A DNA stretch of 64,000 nucleotides from Planctomycetota bacterium (lineage in GTDB: Bacteria; Planctomycetota; UBA1135; UBA2386): the NCBI GenBank assembly GCA_965228735.1, contig OZ245838.1, positions 5,504,001-5,568,000 of the forward strand. Direction: 5' to 3'. Shown piece after piece: positions 1-9,465 of the stretch. The translations under genes were made by a program, and so were the position numbers. Positions within the stretch are counted from its first letter, which is position 1. Each line of letters starts with the position of its first letter. Under the pieces are notes generated by a model. It was not told where the DNA came from and did not search any database. It worked only from the letters and a program-made list of their open reading frames with translations.

Positions 1-1
1 A

Positions 2-1171
2 GCGGAGGACTGGGCGCTGCAGCTGCTGCGCGACGTCGGTTGTGACAGGGTCTACGGCGAACTCTGCATGGTGCCCAACTGGCAGCGCGGCGTGGAGACC
101 GCGGCCGCGGGCGGCGCGACGCTGCCGCTCCGCGTGACCGCGCTCGGCGGCAGCGTCGGAACGCCGGCCGGCGGGCTCGAGGCCGAGGTCATCGAGGTGC
201 GCACGTTCGAAGAGCTGCACGAACTCGGTGACGCCGCCAAGGGCAAGATCGTGTTCTTCAACCGGCCGATGCCGCGCGCGTTCCGCCGCACGGGCCGGGC
301 CTACGGTGCGGCGGTTCCGCAGCGCAGCAACGGCGCGATCGAGGCGAGCAAGGCCGGCGGCATCGCCGCGATCGTGCGTTCGATGACGACCGCGATCGAC
401 GGCCACCCGCACACGGGCGCGATGCGCTACGACCACGCGGTCGAGCGCGTGCCCGCCGCGGCGGTCGCGACGGCCGATGCCGAGGCTTTGTCCAAGATGC
501 TCGCGGACGGTCCCGTGCGCGTGCGGCTCGAGCTCGGCTGCAAGACCCTGCCCGACGTCGAGGCGCGCAACGTGATCGGCGAGCTCCGCGGCAGCGAACG
601 TCCCGACGAGGTCGTCGTCATCGGCGGCCACCTCGACGCGTGGGACCTCGGCACCGGAGCGCACGACGACGGCGCGGGGGTCGTGCACTGCGTCGAAGCG
701 ATCCGGTTGCTCAAGGTGATCGGGTATCGGCCGAAGCGCACGATTCGGGTTGTGCTCTTCGCCAACGAGGAGAGCGGGCTGGCCGGCGCCAAGGCCTACG
801 CCGCGGCGCGCGACGCCGACGGCACGATCGGCAAGCACGTCGCCGCGATCGAGACCGACTCGGGCGGCTTCATGCCGATGGGGTTCTCGTGCTCACTGCG
901 CGGTGACGAGGCGGCTGCGATCGAACAGCTGTTCGCCCCGCTCGATCGCATCAACGTCGGCCTGTTCTTGCCGGGCGCAGGCGCGGGCGGTGCCGACATC
1001 AGCCAGCTGCACGCGCGCGGCGTCCCGTGCTTCGGCCTCTGGGTCAACGGCCAGCGCTATTTCGACTACCACCACACGGCGGTCGATGACCTGCCCGCGG
1101 TCAACGAGCGTGAACTGGCGATCGGTGCGGCGGTGATCGCGTATGCGGCGAGCGTGTTGGCGGATCGGTAG
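2..1171 (+). CDS. M28 family metallopeptidase (carboxypeptidase Q-like), 5' truncated by the window edge
   Basis: The frame is open from base 2. It has a PA-domain segment (KGKIVFFNRP) and the zinc-peptidase motifs GGHLDAWD, GAHDDGAG, FANEE, IETD and YFDYHH. Confidence 0.9.
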   Translation, partial: AEDWALQLLRDVGCDRVYGELCMVPNWQRGVETAAAGGATLPLRVTALGGSVGTPAGGLEAEVIEVRTFEELHELGDAAKGKIVFFNRPMPRAFRRTGRAYGAAVPQRSNGAIEASKAGGIAAIVRSMTTAIDGHPHTGAMRYDHAVERVPAAAVATADAEALSKMLADGPVRVRLELGCKTLPDVEARNVIGELRGSERPDEVVVIGGHLDAWDLGTGAHDDGAGVVHCVEAIRLLKVIGYRPKRTIRVVLFANEESGLAGAKAYAAARDADGTIGKHVAAIETDSGGFMPMGFSCSLRGDEAAAIEQLFAPLDRINVGLFLPGAGAGGADISQLHARGVPCFGLWVNGQRYFDYHHTAVDDLPAVNERELAIGAAVIAYAASVLADR

Positions 1172-1246
1172 CTGCCGCGGGCGGGGTCACGCCGCGAGAC
1201 GTGACGACCAATGTCGCGCTCGTGATCGAGGGCTGTCGAATTCGAG

Positions 1247-1789
1247 TTGGACGGATCCGTGGGAGACCTTGCCAAGAGTGTGACCCGTTCGCTGGCGAAC
1301 GTGATCGGCGTTCCACTCCGACGAGTCGTCATCCGCACCCTCGACGGCGAGATCAGCCACCGAGAGGAGCTTGCAGATCCGCGGCTCTACATCGGCGGCG
1401 AGGTGCGGCTCGACTTCGAGCCCCAGCCGGTGTTCGTGAGTTGGATCCAGAACGAGGGATGGCCGGTGTTCTGCTCCATCGGCGTGCGTTCGGACTCGCT
1501 ATTCATGCGGGAGTCGACGCTCGTTGATTGGGACGTCAGCAACTTGGTCCCTTGGAGCAAGTGCATCGATCAGCACCTACTCGCGGCCCGGGTCTTCGCC
1601 ATCGACGAGACACCACAGGTCGTGGAGTTCTCCTTCCACGATCAGGACTTCTGGATGGCGTGTGGTCGCGAGCAGGACGTCGGTGATGGTGACGACCTCC
1701 TGATTCGACCGGGCCCCTTCCCGGCGAATGAGCGCGCGACACTCGTTTGGCCGGTATCGCTCGACGGTCCAACAAGCCCCAGGAGCTGA
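1247..1789 (+). CDS. hypothetical protein
   Basis: 180-aa ORF with protein-like composition in a visibly less GC-rich patch. The start is uncertain. Confidence 0.6.
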   Translation: MDGSVGDLAKSVTRSLANVIGVPLRRVVIRTLDGEISHREELADPRLYIGGEVRLDFEPQPVFVSWIQNEGWPVFCSIGVRSDSLFMRESTLVDWDVSNLVPWSKCIDQHLLAARVFAIDETPQVVEFSFHDQDFWMACGREQDVGDGDDLLIRPGPFPANERATLVWPVSLDGPTSPRS

Positions 1790-1999
1790 CGAGTCGCGAG
1801 GAAACCCGTAGAAGAAGGAGCCCCGGCGATCTCGCGACGACCAGGGGCGGAAACGGCGGGCCGACCTTCCCGTCTGTCGAAGCATGGTGCAGCTGATGCT
1901 CGATCAAGAGGGCGAATCCTTCTGGGCCCGTACGGCCCAACACGGCGCAGCAGCCGATGATCGAAGACAACCGGATGATCCAAGCTCGCAGCACAGTCC

Positions 2000-2923
2000 A
2001 TGACGCACGAAAGAGAGAAGTTGAAGTGGGCAGTCCAGGTCTTGGCCATGCCGGGCGAGGTTCAGCGGCGGCTGTATCCAGACTTCGCGTGCAAGCCCGA
2101 CGAGTTGGCGCTCGAGTGGGACGAGGAGTTCCGCATGACGGCTGGATCTGAGCTGAGGCAAGTCCAACTGGAGGCCATGCAGCGTCTGGATCGCAAGCTC
2201 GAGTCGATGTCTCGGGATGGTCCGGACTTCAGTGAGGACCTCTGGGACGAATCAGCGTTGTGCACCTCTGCGCACGGGGCCTTGGTGCGAGAGCTCGGTG
2301 ACGCGGTGCTTCAACAGATGGCTTGGCCCAAGGAGTCTCCACCGGAAGTCCCGAGGCTCGTGGTGCCCATTACATTCCGGGGTAGTCTGGGCGTCCAGTC
2401 GAGTCAGGCAAACGAGATGGCGACCAACCGCAGTCTGGAGCAGCGATGGGAGACGCCTGTTTCGGATGCGCAGAGTCTCGCGATGGTCTCGTTGGTTGAT
2501 CAGGATGGGCTGCACATCACGGTGCAGGACAACCGTGACCGAGCCGGTCGGCGCTTTCGATTCTCCTTCGATCGCGTCGCGGCCTACCGGAGCATTCTGG
2601 AGGAGTATCGGACTAGCGATCCTCCGGCAGTCCAGCACGCCGGTTGGACCCGGGTCGCCCCAGGTTCGGCCTGGCTGTCCGACTTGCGTAGCCGTGAGCC
2701 GCTGCTCGATGTCCACAGCCCGGACTGCCGCCACTACATCATCGTGACCGAGGACGATGTCATCGATGTGCTCACACCGGAGGAGCCTCGAATCGTCGAG
2801 GTCGCGCCTGCGGGTGCCGGCGACCCCGCGCCAGGGAAGTCTGGCGTGCTCCACGACCCAGAAGATCGCGAGCAGATCGATGAGCTGCTTGATGATCTTC
2901 GCACTGATCGAGATGGTGCCTAA
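2000..2923 (+). CDS. hypothetical protein, possibly two immunity-protein-like units read in one frame
   Basis: The acidic N-terminal half (PDELALEWDEEF...EDLWDESAL) is followed by an internal ATG near 2417 (MATNRSLEQRWETP) that starts a distinct second half. Confidence 0.6.
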   Translation: MTHEREKLKWAVQVLAMPGEVQRRLYPDFACKPDELALEWDEEFRMTAGSELRQVQLEAMQRLDRKLESMSRDGPDFSEDLWDESALCTSAHGALVRELGDAVLQQMAWPKESPPEVPRLVVPITFRGSLGVQSSQANEMATNRSLEQRWETPVSDAQSLAMVSLVDQDGLHITVQDNRDRAGRRFRFSFDRVAAYRSILEEYRTSDPPAVQHAGWTRVAPGSAWLSDLRSREPLLDVHSPDCRHYIIVTEDDVIDVLTPEEPRIVEVAPAGAGDPAPGKSGVLHDPEDREQIDELLDDLRTDRDGA

Positions 2924-2950
2924 TCTGAGCTAGACGGATGAGTCAGGCGA

Positions 2951-3595
2951 ATGCCCGAGGTCATTCTCGAAGAGCAGCTCCTTGGCCTGCCTCCGCGGAT
3001 CAAGGTTGCGATCGGTGGCGTGTTGACCATCGGAGGCGGCGTCGCGTTCCGTGTTCTTTGGGACAAGGGTTGGCTGGCGGGCGCGGCCATCTTTGCTTTG
3101 GCGATGGGCGTCACGCTCGTGCTGTCCGGACGCAGCGAGCTTTCTCGAATCCGTGCGCACGATGCGGAGATGGAGAGGGCGCGACGGGAGTGGAACGAGC
3201 TCGAGCGCGGTGTTGACGGCGCCTTGCGAGACGGGCAGAGCGTCGTCCGCTTCTTACAAGCTCGTGGGTATCGTGATTACGCCGTCAGGCGATGGATCGC
3301 GGCAGAGCTGCGCGTCGATGCTCGTCGCGGTCAGCTCGAGTTCGAATCCGCGGGCGCGCCCTTCTCCGCCGATCAGTTCCGGCAGCTCTTCGAGCGGTTG
3401 GATGAGGTGAGTGGCACTGGCTACGAGTGCGATCATGAGTTCACTCTCACTCGTCGGTTCCTGGCGGAGCGGCAGCTGCCGACCGATGCCTCGCTCCGTT
3501 GGCTGGGGGAGCACGGAGCTGGCTGTGACTGCGAGGTCATCTTCAACGTCGCGCCGCAGTGGGGCTATCGAGTCGGTTTCGAGCCGCGGCCGTAG
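2951..3595 (+). CDS. two-TM membrane protein with a C-terminal DUF2695-like domain
   Basis: Two hydrophobic helices, then CDHEFTLTRRFL...WLGEHGAGCDCEVIFNV, which matches the DUF2695 pattern. Confidence 0.7.
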   Translation: MPEVILEEQLLGLPPRIKVAIGGVLTIGGGVAFRVLWDKGWLAGAAIFALAMGVTLVLSGRSELSRIRAHDAEMERARREWNELERGVDGALRDGQSVVRFLQARGYRDYAVRRWIAAELRVDARRGQLEFESAGAPFSADQFRQLFERLDEVSGTGYECDHEFTLTRRFLAERQLPTDASLRWLGEHGAGCDCEVIFNVAPQWGYRVGFEPRP

Positions 3596-3601
3596 AGTGG
3601 G

Positions 3602-4123
3602 CTACAACCCGACCGTCAGCGTCCCACCATTCGTCGCCAGCGGCGGGACGAACACCTGGCCCTGCTGCAGTCGCGACAGCAGGATCTGCTGATGCAGCTG
3701 CACGCCGACGAGATTCGACGTGTTCGGCACCGTGATGTCGAAGCTCGGCGAAGCATTGCTCGGCCAGCCCGGGGCGCAGCCGCTGTTGCTCATCACGTTC
3801 ATCGTCGTGACGGCATCGGGTGACACGAGCAGCGTGAAGCCCTGGGGCAGCTGCGCCGGCAGCGGGACGCCGCTCCAGGTCTGCTTCGAGAAGCCGGTGA
3901 GCAGCCACATCGCCCATGGCGTGATCGCGAGGGTGCAGCTGATCGGAGCGGGCGTGTAATCGACGGCGACGGAGAACGTCGTCCCGAGCTGCGGCAGGCC
4001 GGTCACGGTGAGGGCCTGGCCGTAGCTCGTCTCGCCGCTCGCCGAGCCGAAGAACGTGTAGCTCGCGGCCTGGGCCGAGAGGCCGACGGCGAGGGCGGCG
4101 GTGGTGACGCCGAAACGGATCAT
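3602..4123 (-). CDS. small secreted protein made almost entirely of the recurrent terminal domain
   Basis: Signal peptide MIRFGVTTAALAVGLSAQ. Domain motifs are GLPQLGTTF, GVPLP, VPNTSNLVGVQLHQQ and TNGGTLTVG. An alternative ATG lies at 4141. Confidence 0.7.
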   Translation of the reverse strand: MIRFGVTTAALAVGLSAQAASYTFFGSASGETSYGQALTVTGLPQLGTTFSVAVDYTPAPISCTLAITPWAMWLLTGFSKQTWSGVPLPAQLPQGFTLLVSPDAVTTMNVMSNSGCAPGWPSNASPSFDITVPNTSNLVGVQLHQQILLSRLQQGQVFVPPLATNGGTLTVGL

Positions 4124-4304
4124 GGAATGCAGGGGGGTCATCTCGACAAGGGTAGCCCGCTGCGGCCTCGGGGTAACGGGGGCCTGCGGTGGCAGCGGTG
4201 GCAGCAGTGGCGGGCCTCCTTCGAACAGAAAGCCTGGCACCGGTCGCGCCCGAACAGCGCCTGACCCGGCGTATCCACGAACCAACTTCAAAGAGACCCC
4301 TCTG

Positions 4305-5699
4305 ATGCGAAACTCTACTGCATTTCCTTCCCCGCTCGCCGGCGTCCTCGTTGCCGCCGCATTGAGTCTGACCGCCCTGCCCGCCCAGGAGTGGTATCGC
4401 GACGCGGCGAACTCGGCGCCGCCCGCGCGTCGCTTCCACGCCGTGGCGCACCTGAACGGCGAGACGTTGCTGTTCGGCGGCATCGACGAACGCTCCAACA
4501 CGGTCTACGGCGACCTCTGGTCGTACGACGGCCTCGAGTGGCAGCAGCGGACCGTCACCGGCCCGACACCGGGGCCGCGCCAACGCTTCGCGTACTGTGT
4601 CGACACCGCGCGTTCTGTTCTGGTGCTCTTCGGCGGCCTCGACGCGGCTGGCCAGGTCCTCGGTGACACCTGGGAGTTCGACGGCTCGGCATGGTCGGCA
4701 GTCGCCACGGCGACGGCGCCGTCGGCGCGGACCGGCGCCGCGATGGCGTTCGATTCGGGGCGCGGTGTCGCCGTGCTGTTCGGTGGCGGCGACGCCAACG
4801 CCGCGAGCGACGAGACCTGGGAGTTCGATGGTCTGACCTGGCAGCAGAGCGCCGCGGCGACGCCGCCCGGTGCCCGCCAGGGCCACGCGATGGTCTACGA
4901 CCCGACCCGTGGCGTCACCGTGTTGTTCGGTGGCTTCGACGCCGGGCAGTCGACGTTCGTCGAGGACACCTGGACGTTCGACGGCGCGAGCTGGTCGCAG
5001 ATCGTCACGCTGACCACACCGAGCACGGCCGTCTTTCCGGCGATGACCTTCTTCGCCGCGCACGACGTCGTCGTCATGACGGGCGCGCTCGGCGTGCCGA
5101 GCCAGCCCGTGCGCACGTGGGCTTTCGACGGCGTGGACTGGCACCCCGGCCCGACCGCACCGCCTGAGTTCGGCGGTCGCCAGGCCCACGGCATGGCCTA
5201 CGACGGTTCGCGCGACCTGATCGTCGTCTTCGGCGGCGCGCGCATCAGTTTCGGTGGCGCCCTGCCGCTCGACGAGACCTGGGAGCTGTCGACGCCGGCG
5301 GTCTTCGAACGCTTCGGCGCGGGTTGCCCGATCGGCCAGCGCATCCCCGACCTGGATCCCGTCGCGGGCGCGCGACCGCAGATCGGCAGTCGATTCGAGC
5401 TCGAGCTGCGCAGCCCCGGCGTCATGGCATCGTTCGCCTTCGGCTTCGACGACACCACGTTCGCCGGCGTGCCGCTGCCGGCCGACCTGTCGGTGGTCGG
5501 CCTGCCGGGGTGTCAGCTCCACACGAGCATCGACCACGCCCTGCTCGCGCCGATCTCCAACGGGACGGCAATCGCCGCGCTCGACCTGCCGCTCTACCCA
5601 GCGCTGCTCGGACTGCAGTTCTTCGCGCAGGCGTTCGTCCTCGATACCGCTGGTCCCGCCGCGATGTCGAACGCCGGGCGACTGACGGTCGGCAACTGA
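4305..5699 (+). CDS. secreted Kelch-like beta-propeller protein with the recurrent C-terminal domain
   Basis: Signal peptide, about six repeats of the form H-AM-YD...VLFGG...DTWEFDG..W, and a C-terminus FGAGC...QAFVLD...SNAGRLTVGN. Confidence 0.85.
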   Translation: MRNSTAFPSPLAGVLVAAALSLTALPAQEWYRDAANSAPPARRFHAVAHLNGETLLFGGIDERSNTVYGDLWSYDGLEWQQRTVTGPTPGPRQRFAYCVDTARSVLVLFGGLDAAGQVLGDTWEFDGSAWSAVATATAPSARTGAAMAFDSGRGVAVLFGGGDANAASDETWEFDGLTWQQSAAATPPGARQGHAMVYDPTRGVTVLFGGFDAGQSTFVEDTWTFDGASWSQIVTLTTPSTAVFPAMTFFAAHDVVVMTGALGVPSQPVRTWAFDGVDWHPGPTAPPEFGGRQAHGMAYDGSRDLIVVFGGARISFGGALPLDETWELSTPAVFERFGAGCPIGQRIPDLDPVAGARPQIGSRFELELRSPGVMASFAFGFDDTTFAGVPLPADLSVVGLPGCQLHTSIDHALLAPISNGTAIAALDLPLYPALLGLQFFAQAFVLDTAGPAAMSNAGRLTVGN

Positions 5700-5821
5700 A
5701 TCACGCGAGTCGTTCTCTTCGAAGCCGCCGGGTCAGCACTCGTTGTCGAGCGCTGGCCCGGCGGTTTCTTCGTAGCGGTCGAATCGTGGCACCGTGCCCG
5801 CGGCTCTGGCGCCATGCCGTC

Positions 5822-7465
5822 ATGCAACGATGCGCTCTGTGGCTCTCTTTCGCGCTCGCCGGCTGTGCGATCCGCGACGCCGGTACTCCCGCCGACCCGG
5901 CGATCTCGACCGAACTCCGCGCGCTTGGCGGGCACACGTTCCGCGTCACGACCGCGAACGCGGCCGCGCAGGACTGGTTCGATCGCGGGCTCGCGTGGTG
6001 CTACGGCTTCCATCACGAGGAGGCGAAGCGCTGCTTCCGCGCGGCCCTGGCGGCCGATCCCGATTGCGCGATGGCGCACTGGGGGCTGGCCTACGCGTCC
6101 GGCCCGCACATCAACAACATGGAGATGTCGCCCGAGGCCGCGCGGCTCGCACACGAGAATGCGCAGCGTGCCGTGGCGCGCAGGATGCTCGCCTCGCCGG
6201 TCGAGCGCGCGCTGATCGACGCGATCGCGGCGCGCTACACCTGGCCCGCGCCAGCGGAGCGGCGCGCGCTCGACGAGGCCTACGCCGCGGCGATGGCCAA
6301 GGCCTACGCGCTGTTCGGAGAACATCCCGACGTCGGCTCGCTCTACGCCGAATCGCTCATGGACCTGCGGCCCTGGGACCTGTGGCGGGAGGACGGCAGT
6401 CCGCAGCCCGAGACGCCGACGATCCTCGCGGCGCTCGAGCGGGTCATGGCGAGCTGCCCGCGCCACCCGCAGGCCAACCATCTCTACATCCACGCGGTCG
6501 AGGCGTCCCGCACGCCCGGTCGCGCGTTGCCGGCGGCGAATCGCCTGCGCGGCCTCGCGCCCGCGATCGGTCACCTGCAGCACATGCCGGCCCACATCGA
6601 CATCCGCCTCGGGCGTTACGAGGCCGCGGTCGAGGCCAACCGGCAGGGCATCGCGGCCGATCTGGCGGTCGTGGCCCGCACCGGACGCGAGGGCTTCTAC
6701 GAGATCTACCGCGCGCACAACTACCACTTCCTGGCCTATGCCGCGATGTTCGCCGGCAACGAAGCCGAGGCGATCGCCGCGGCGCGCGAGCTGACCCGCG
6801 AGCTGCCGGCCGACGTCGTGCGCGCGCTGCCGGAGTTCCTGGAGTTCTACGTGGCGGTGCCGCTGCACGTGCTCGTGCGCTTCGGCCGCTGGGACGCGAT
6901 CCTCGCCGAGCCGCGCCCGCCCGAGTGGCAGCACAGTCATCGCGCGATGTGGCACTACGCGCGCGGCGTCGCGCTCGCCGCGCTGGGCCGCGTCGACGAA
7001 GCCGTGCTCGAGCGGTCGGCGTTCGATGCAGCTGCCGAGGTCGTTCCCGCGGAGTGGATGGCCGGCAACAACCCCACGCGCACGGTCCTCGCGATCGGGG
7101 CGAAGTTCCTCGAGGGCGAGGTCGAGTTCCGGCGCGGCAATCACGACGTGGCGTTCGCCGCGCTGCGCCGGGCCGTCGCGCTCGACGAGGCGTTGCGCTA
7201 CGACGAACCCTGGGGCTGGATGATGCCGCCAGCGCACGCGCTCGGCGCGTTGCTCCTCGAGGCCGGCCGGGTGGCGGAGGCCAGGCCCGTCTACGAGGGG
7301 GATCTGCGGCGCCACCCCGAGAACGGCTGGGCGCTGCAGGGCCTCCGGGAGTGCCTGCAACGGACGGGCGCGAGCACCGCGGCTGCGGCGGTCGACGACC
7401 GGTTCCGGACCGCCTGGCGGCACGCGACGGTCGAGATCGCGGCCTCGTGCTTCTGCCGGCAGTAG
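5822..7465 (+). CDS. TPR-repeat lipoprotein
   Basis: Lipobox LAGC. Motifs AQDWFDRGL..YGFHHEEA, HLYIHAVE, HLQHMPAHI, YDEPWGW and PENGWAL are typical of this TPR family. Confidence 0.85.
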   Translation: MQRCALWLSFALAGCAIRDAGTPADPAISTELRALGGHTFRVTTANAAAQDWFDRGLAWCYGFHHEEAKRCFRAALAADPDCAMAHWGLAYASGPHINNMEMSPEAARLAHENAQRAVARRMLASPVERALIDAIAARYTWPAPAERRALDEAYAAAMAKAYALFGEHPDVGSLYAESLMDLRPWDLWREDGSPQPETPTILAALERVMASCPRHPQANHLYIHAVEASRTPGRALPAANRLRGLAPAIGHLQHMPAHIDIRLGRYEAAVEANRQGIAADLAVVARTGREGFYEIYRAHNYHFLAYAAMFAGNEAEAIAAARELTRELPADVVRALPEFLEFYVAVPLHVLVRFGRWDAILAEPRPPEWQHSHRAMWHYARGVALAALGRVDEAVLERSAFDAAAEVVPAEWMAGNNPTRTVLAIGAKFLEGEVEFRRGNHDVAFAALRRAVALDEALRYDEPWGWMMPPAHALGALLLEAGRVAEARPVYEGDLRRHPENGWALQGLRECLQRTGASTAAAAVDDRFRTAWRHATVEIAASCFCRQ

Positions 7466-7582
7466 GCGAGGCCCGGGGGGGAGCCGGGGAGCTGGCGATT
7501 CGAGAATTCCTGGCACCCCCGAAATGCTCCTGGCGCGAGGGCACCGACCCCCCTGATCCCTGACTCCCTCGGAGGCTTCGCA

Positions 7583-8704
7583 ATGCTCGCTCTCTCTGCT
7601 CCCCGCTCTGTCCTCTGCGCCGCGGTGCTGTTGCCGCTCGCGGCTGCTGGGCTCGACGCCCAGACCCTCGTGCCGGTGCCGGCCCACGCGCCCGTGGCTG
7701 ATGGCCACGAGTCCGTGGCGCTGCCGTTCGGCGTGCCGGGATTCCGATCGCAGATCCTCGTCGACGCCACGCGCCTCGGCCCCGCCGGCGCCGTCGTCAG
7801 CGCGCTCCGGTTCCGCGCGGATCGCGGTGCGGCGCCGCAGCCGGCGGTGACCGTGCCGAACGTGACCGTGCGGCTCTCGCACTCCTCGGTGCCGATCGGT
7901 GGGTTGTCCCCGATGTTCGCGAACAACGTCACCCAGGCGGCGACGACCGTCTTCCAGGGGACGGTCACGCTGCCGGCGCAGAGCGTCAGCTTCGGCGCGC
8001 CGCAGCCGTTCGATGTCGTCATCCCGCTGACCGCGCCGTTCACCGTCGTGGCAGCCAACGGCAACCTGCTGATCGACATCACCGGCCTCAACGCGGTAGG
8101 TGGCACGCCGGCGTTCTACCTCGACGCGATGCTGGGCGGCGGCTCGGCGACCGTCTACGGCCAGCCGGGCACGAATCCGACCGCGGACACGCTGCGGCTC
8201 AACGTCGCCACCGGCAACTCGCTGTCCGCGCGACGGCTCGTTCCCGGGCAGCTCGTCGACTTCAACTCGATGCTGTCGTTCACGTCGCCGCCGGGGTTCT
8301 TCGGCCTGGCGTTGAACGGGCGGACGACGCCCCTCGACCTCGGTCCGCTCGGCGCGCCGTCGCACGCCGCCTACATCGACCCGGTCGCGCTCGCCCCGCT
8401 CGTGTGGCAGCAGTCGTTCATCGGCTACTTCGCGACCGTTGGGGTCGCGGTGCCGCTGGATCCGAGCTACGTCGGGCTGCGGCTCTACGGTCAGTCGGTC
8501 CTGCTCGATCCGGCCGCGAACGCGCTCGGCGTCCTCACCGGTCCCGCAGCCGAAGTGCGGATCGGCGACGCGCAGCTCGCCTTCCCGATGCAGCAGGTGG
8601 ATGCCTTCGACCCGCTCTCGTCGAGCGGCACGGTCCTCGATTTCGGGTTCGGCAGCCCGGAGTTCGGCGCCACCCCGATCGCGTTCGACGCGGTCCCGTT
8701 CTAG
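7583..8704 (+). CDS. secreted protein with the recurrent terminal domain
   Basis: A GGAGG RBS and a signal peptide ending DAQ. C-terminal PLDLGPLGAP...VPLDPSYVGLRLYGQSVLLDPAANALG. Confidence 0.8.
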   Translation: MLALSAPRSVLCAAVLLPLAAAGLDAQTLVPVPAHAPVADGHESVALPFGVPGFRSQILVDATRLGPAGAVVSALRFRADRGAAPQPAVTVPNVTVRLSHSSVPIGGLSPMFANNVTQAATTVFQGTVTLPAQSVSFGAPQPFDVVIPLTAPFTVVAANGNLLIDITGLNAVGGTPAFYLDAMLGGGSATVYGQPGTNPTADTLRLNVATGNSLSARRLVPGQLVDFNSMLSFTSPPGFFGLALNGRTTPLDLGPLGAPSHAAYIDPVALAPLVWQQSFIGYFATVGVAVPLDPSYVGLRLYGQSVLLDPAANALGVLTGPAAEVRIGDAQLAFPMQQVDAFDPLSSSGTVLDFGFGSPEFGATPIAFDAVPF

Positions 8705-8856
8705 CCCGAGTGATGGCTGCGGCGGCATCGGTCGACACGGCGCTCGGCGGTCCGGCTCGGAACGTCGGAGCGCGGGACAGGATCGCGACGCCTCGGCGGT
8801 CGCACTCGGCCGTTCGGGGCTTGCCCTCGCCGGTTCGCGGTGGCCGAATTGCGGGC

Positions 8857-9462
8857 GTGGAGTCGCCGGAACACGAAGGCCAGGACGCGCGCGCCGAGCC
8901 GCCGCTCACCGAACTGCTGCAGCAGGCGGCCAACGGTGAGGCGGGCGCTGCCGACGCGGCGCTGCCGCTGGTCTACCGCGAGCTGCGTCAGCTGGCGCAG
9001 TCGCGGATGGCGGGCGAACGCCGGGACCACACCTTGCAGGCGACGGCACTGGTCCACGAGACCTGGCTCAAGCTCGTCGCCGCGGGCGACGGGCGATGGG
9101 CCGACCGCGGCGCGTTCTACCGCGCGGCGGCCGTCGCGATGCGCCGCATCCTCGTGGATCATGCGCGGCATCGGGCCCGGTCGAAGCGCGGTGGGGGTCG
9201 GCGGCGTGAGGCGATCCCCGTCGATCAGCTGACCGCGCGCCCGGACTCCGAGGATGCGGCGACGTTCCTGGCCATCGACGAACAGATCGAAGCGCTCGAG
9301 ACCGAGGATCCGCGGGCCGGTGAGATCGTGCGGCTGCGCTTCTTCGCCGGACTCAGCGTGGACGAGACGGCTGCGGCGATGGGGCTGTCGCGGCGGACGG
9401 TGCTGCGCGAGTGGTCCTACGCGCGGGCCCGGCTCTATGCCGCGTTGCGCGATGGGGAGTGA
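8857..9462 (+). CDS. ECF RNA polymerase sigma factor (TIGR02999-like, kinase-associated)
   Basis: LPLVYRELRQLA, HTLQATALVHETWLKL, AMRRILVDHAR, LRFFAGLS and REWSYARARL. Confidence 0.92.
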   Translation: MESPEHEGQDARAEPPLTELLQQAANGEAGAADAALPLVYRELRQLAQSRMAGERRDHTLQATALVHETWLKLVAAGDGRWADRGAFYRAAAVAMRRILVDHARHRARSKRGGGRRREAIPVDQLTARPDSEDAATFLAIDEQIEALETEDPRAGEIVRLRFFAGLSVDETAAAMGLSRRTVLREWSYARARLYAALRDGE

Positions 9463-9465
9463 CCC

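Noticed and set aside
2918..2950. Intact integron attC site (GCCTAAT...GTCAGGC)
   Set aside because: It is only about 30 bp, the core sites are imperfect and no integrase is present. It is kept only as a weak hint in the island finding.
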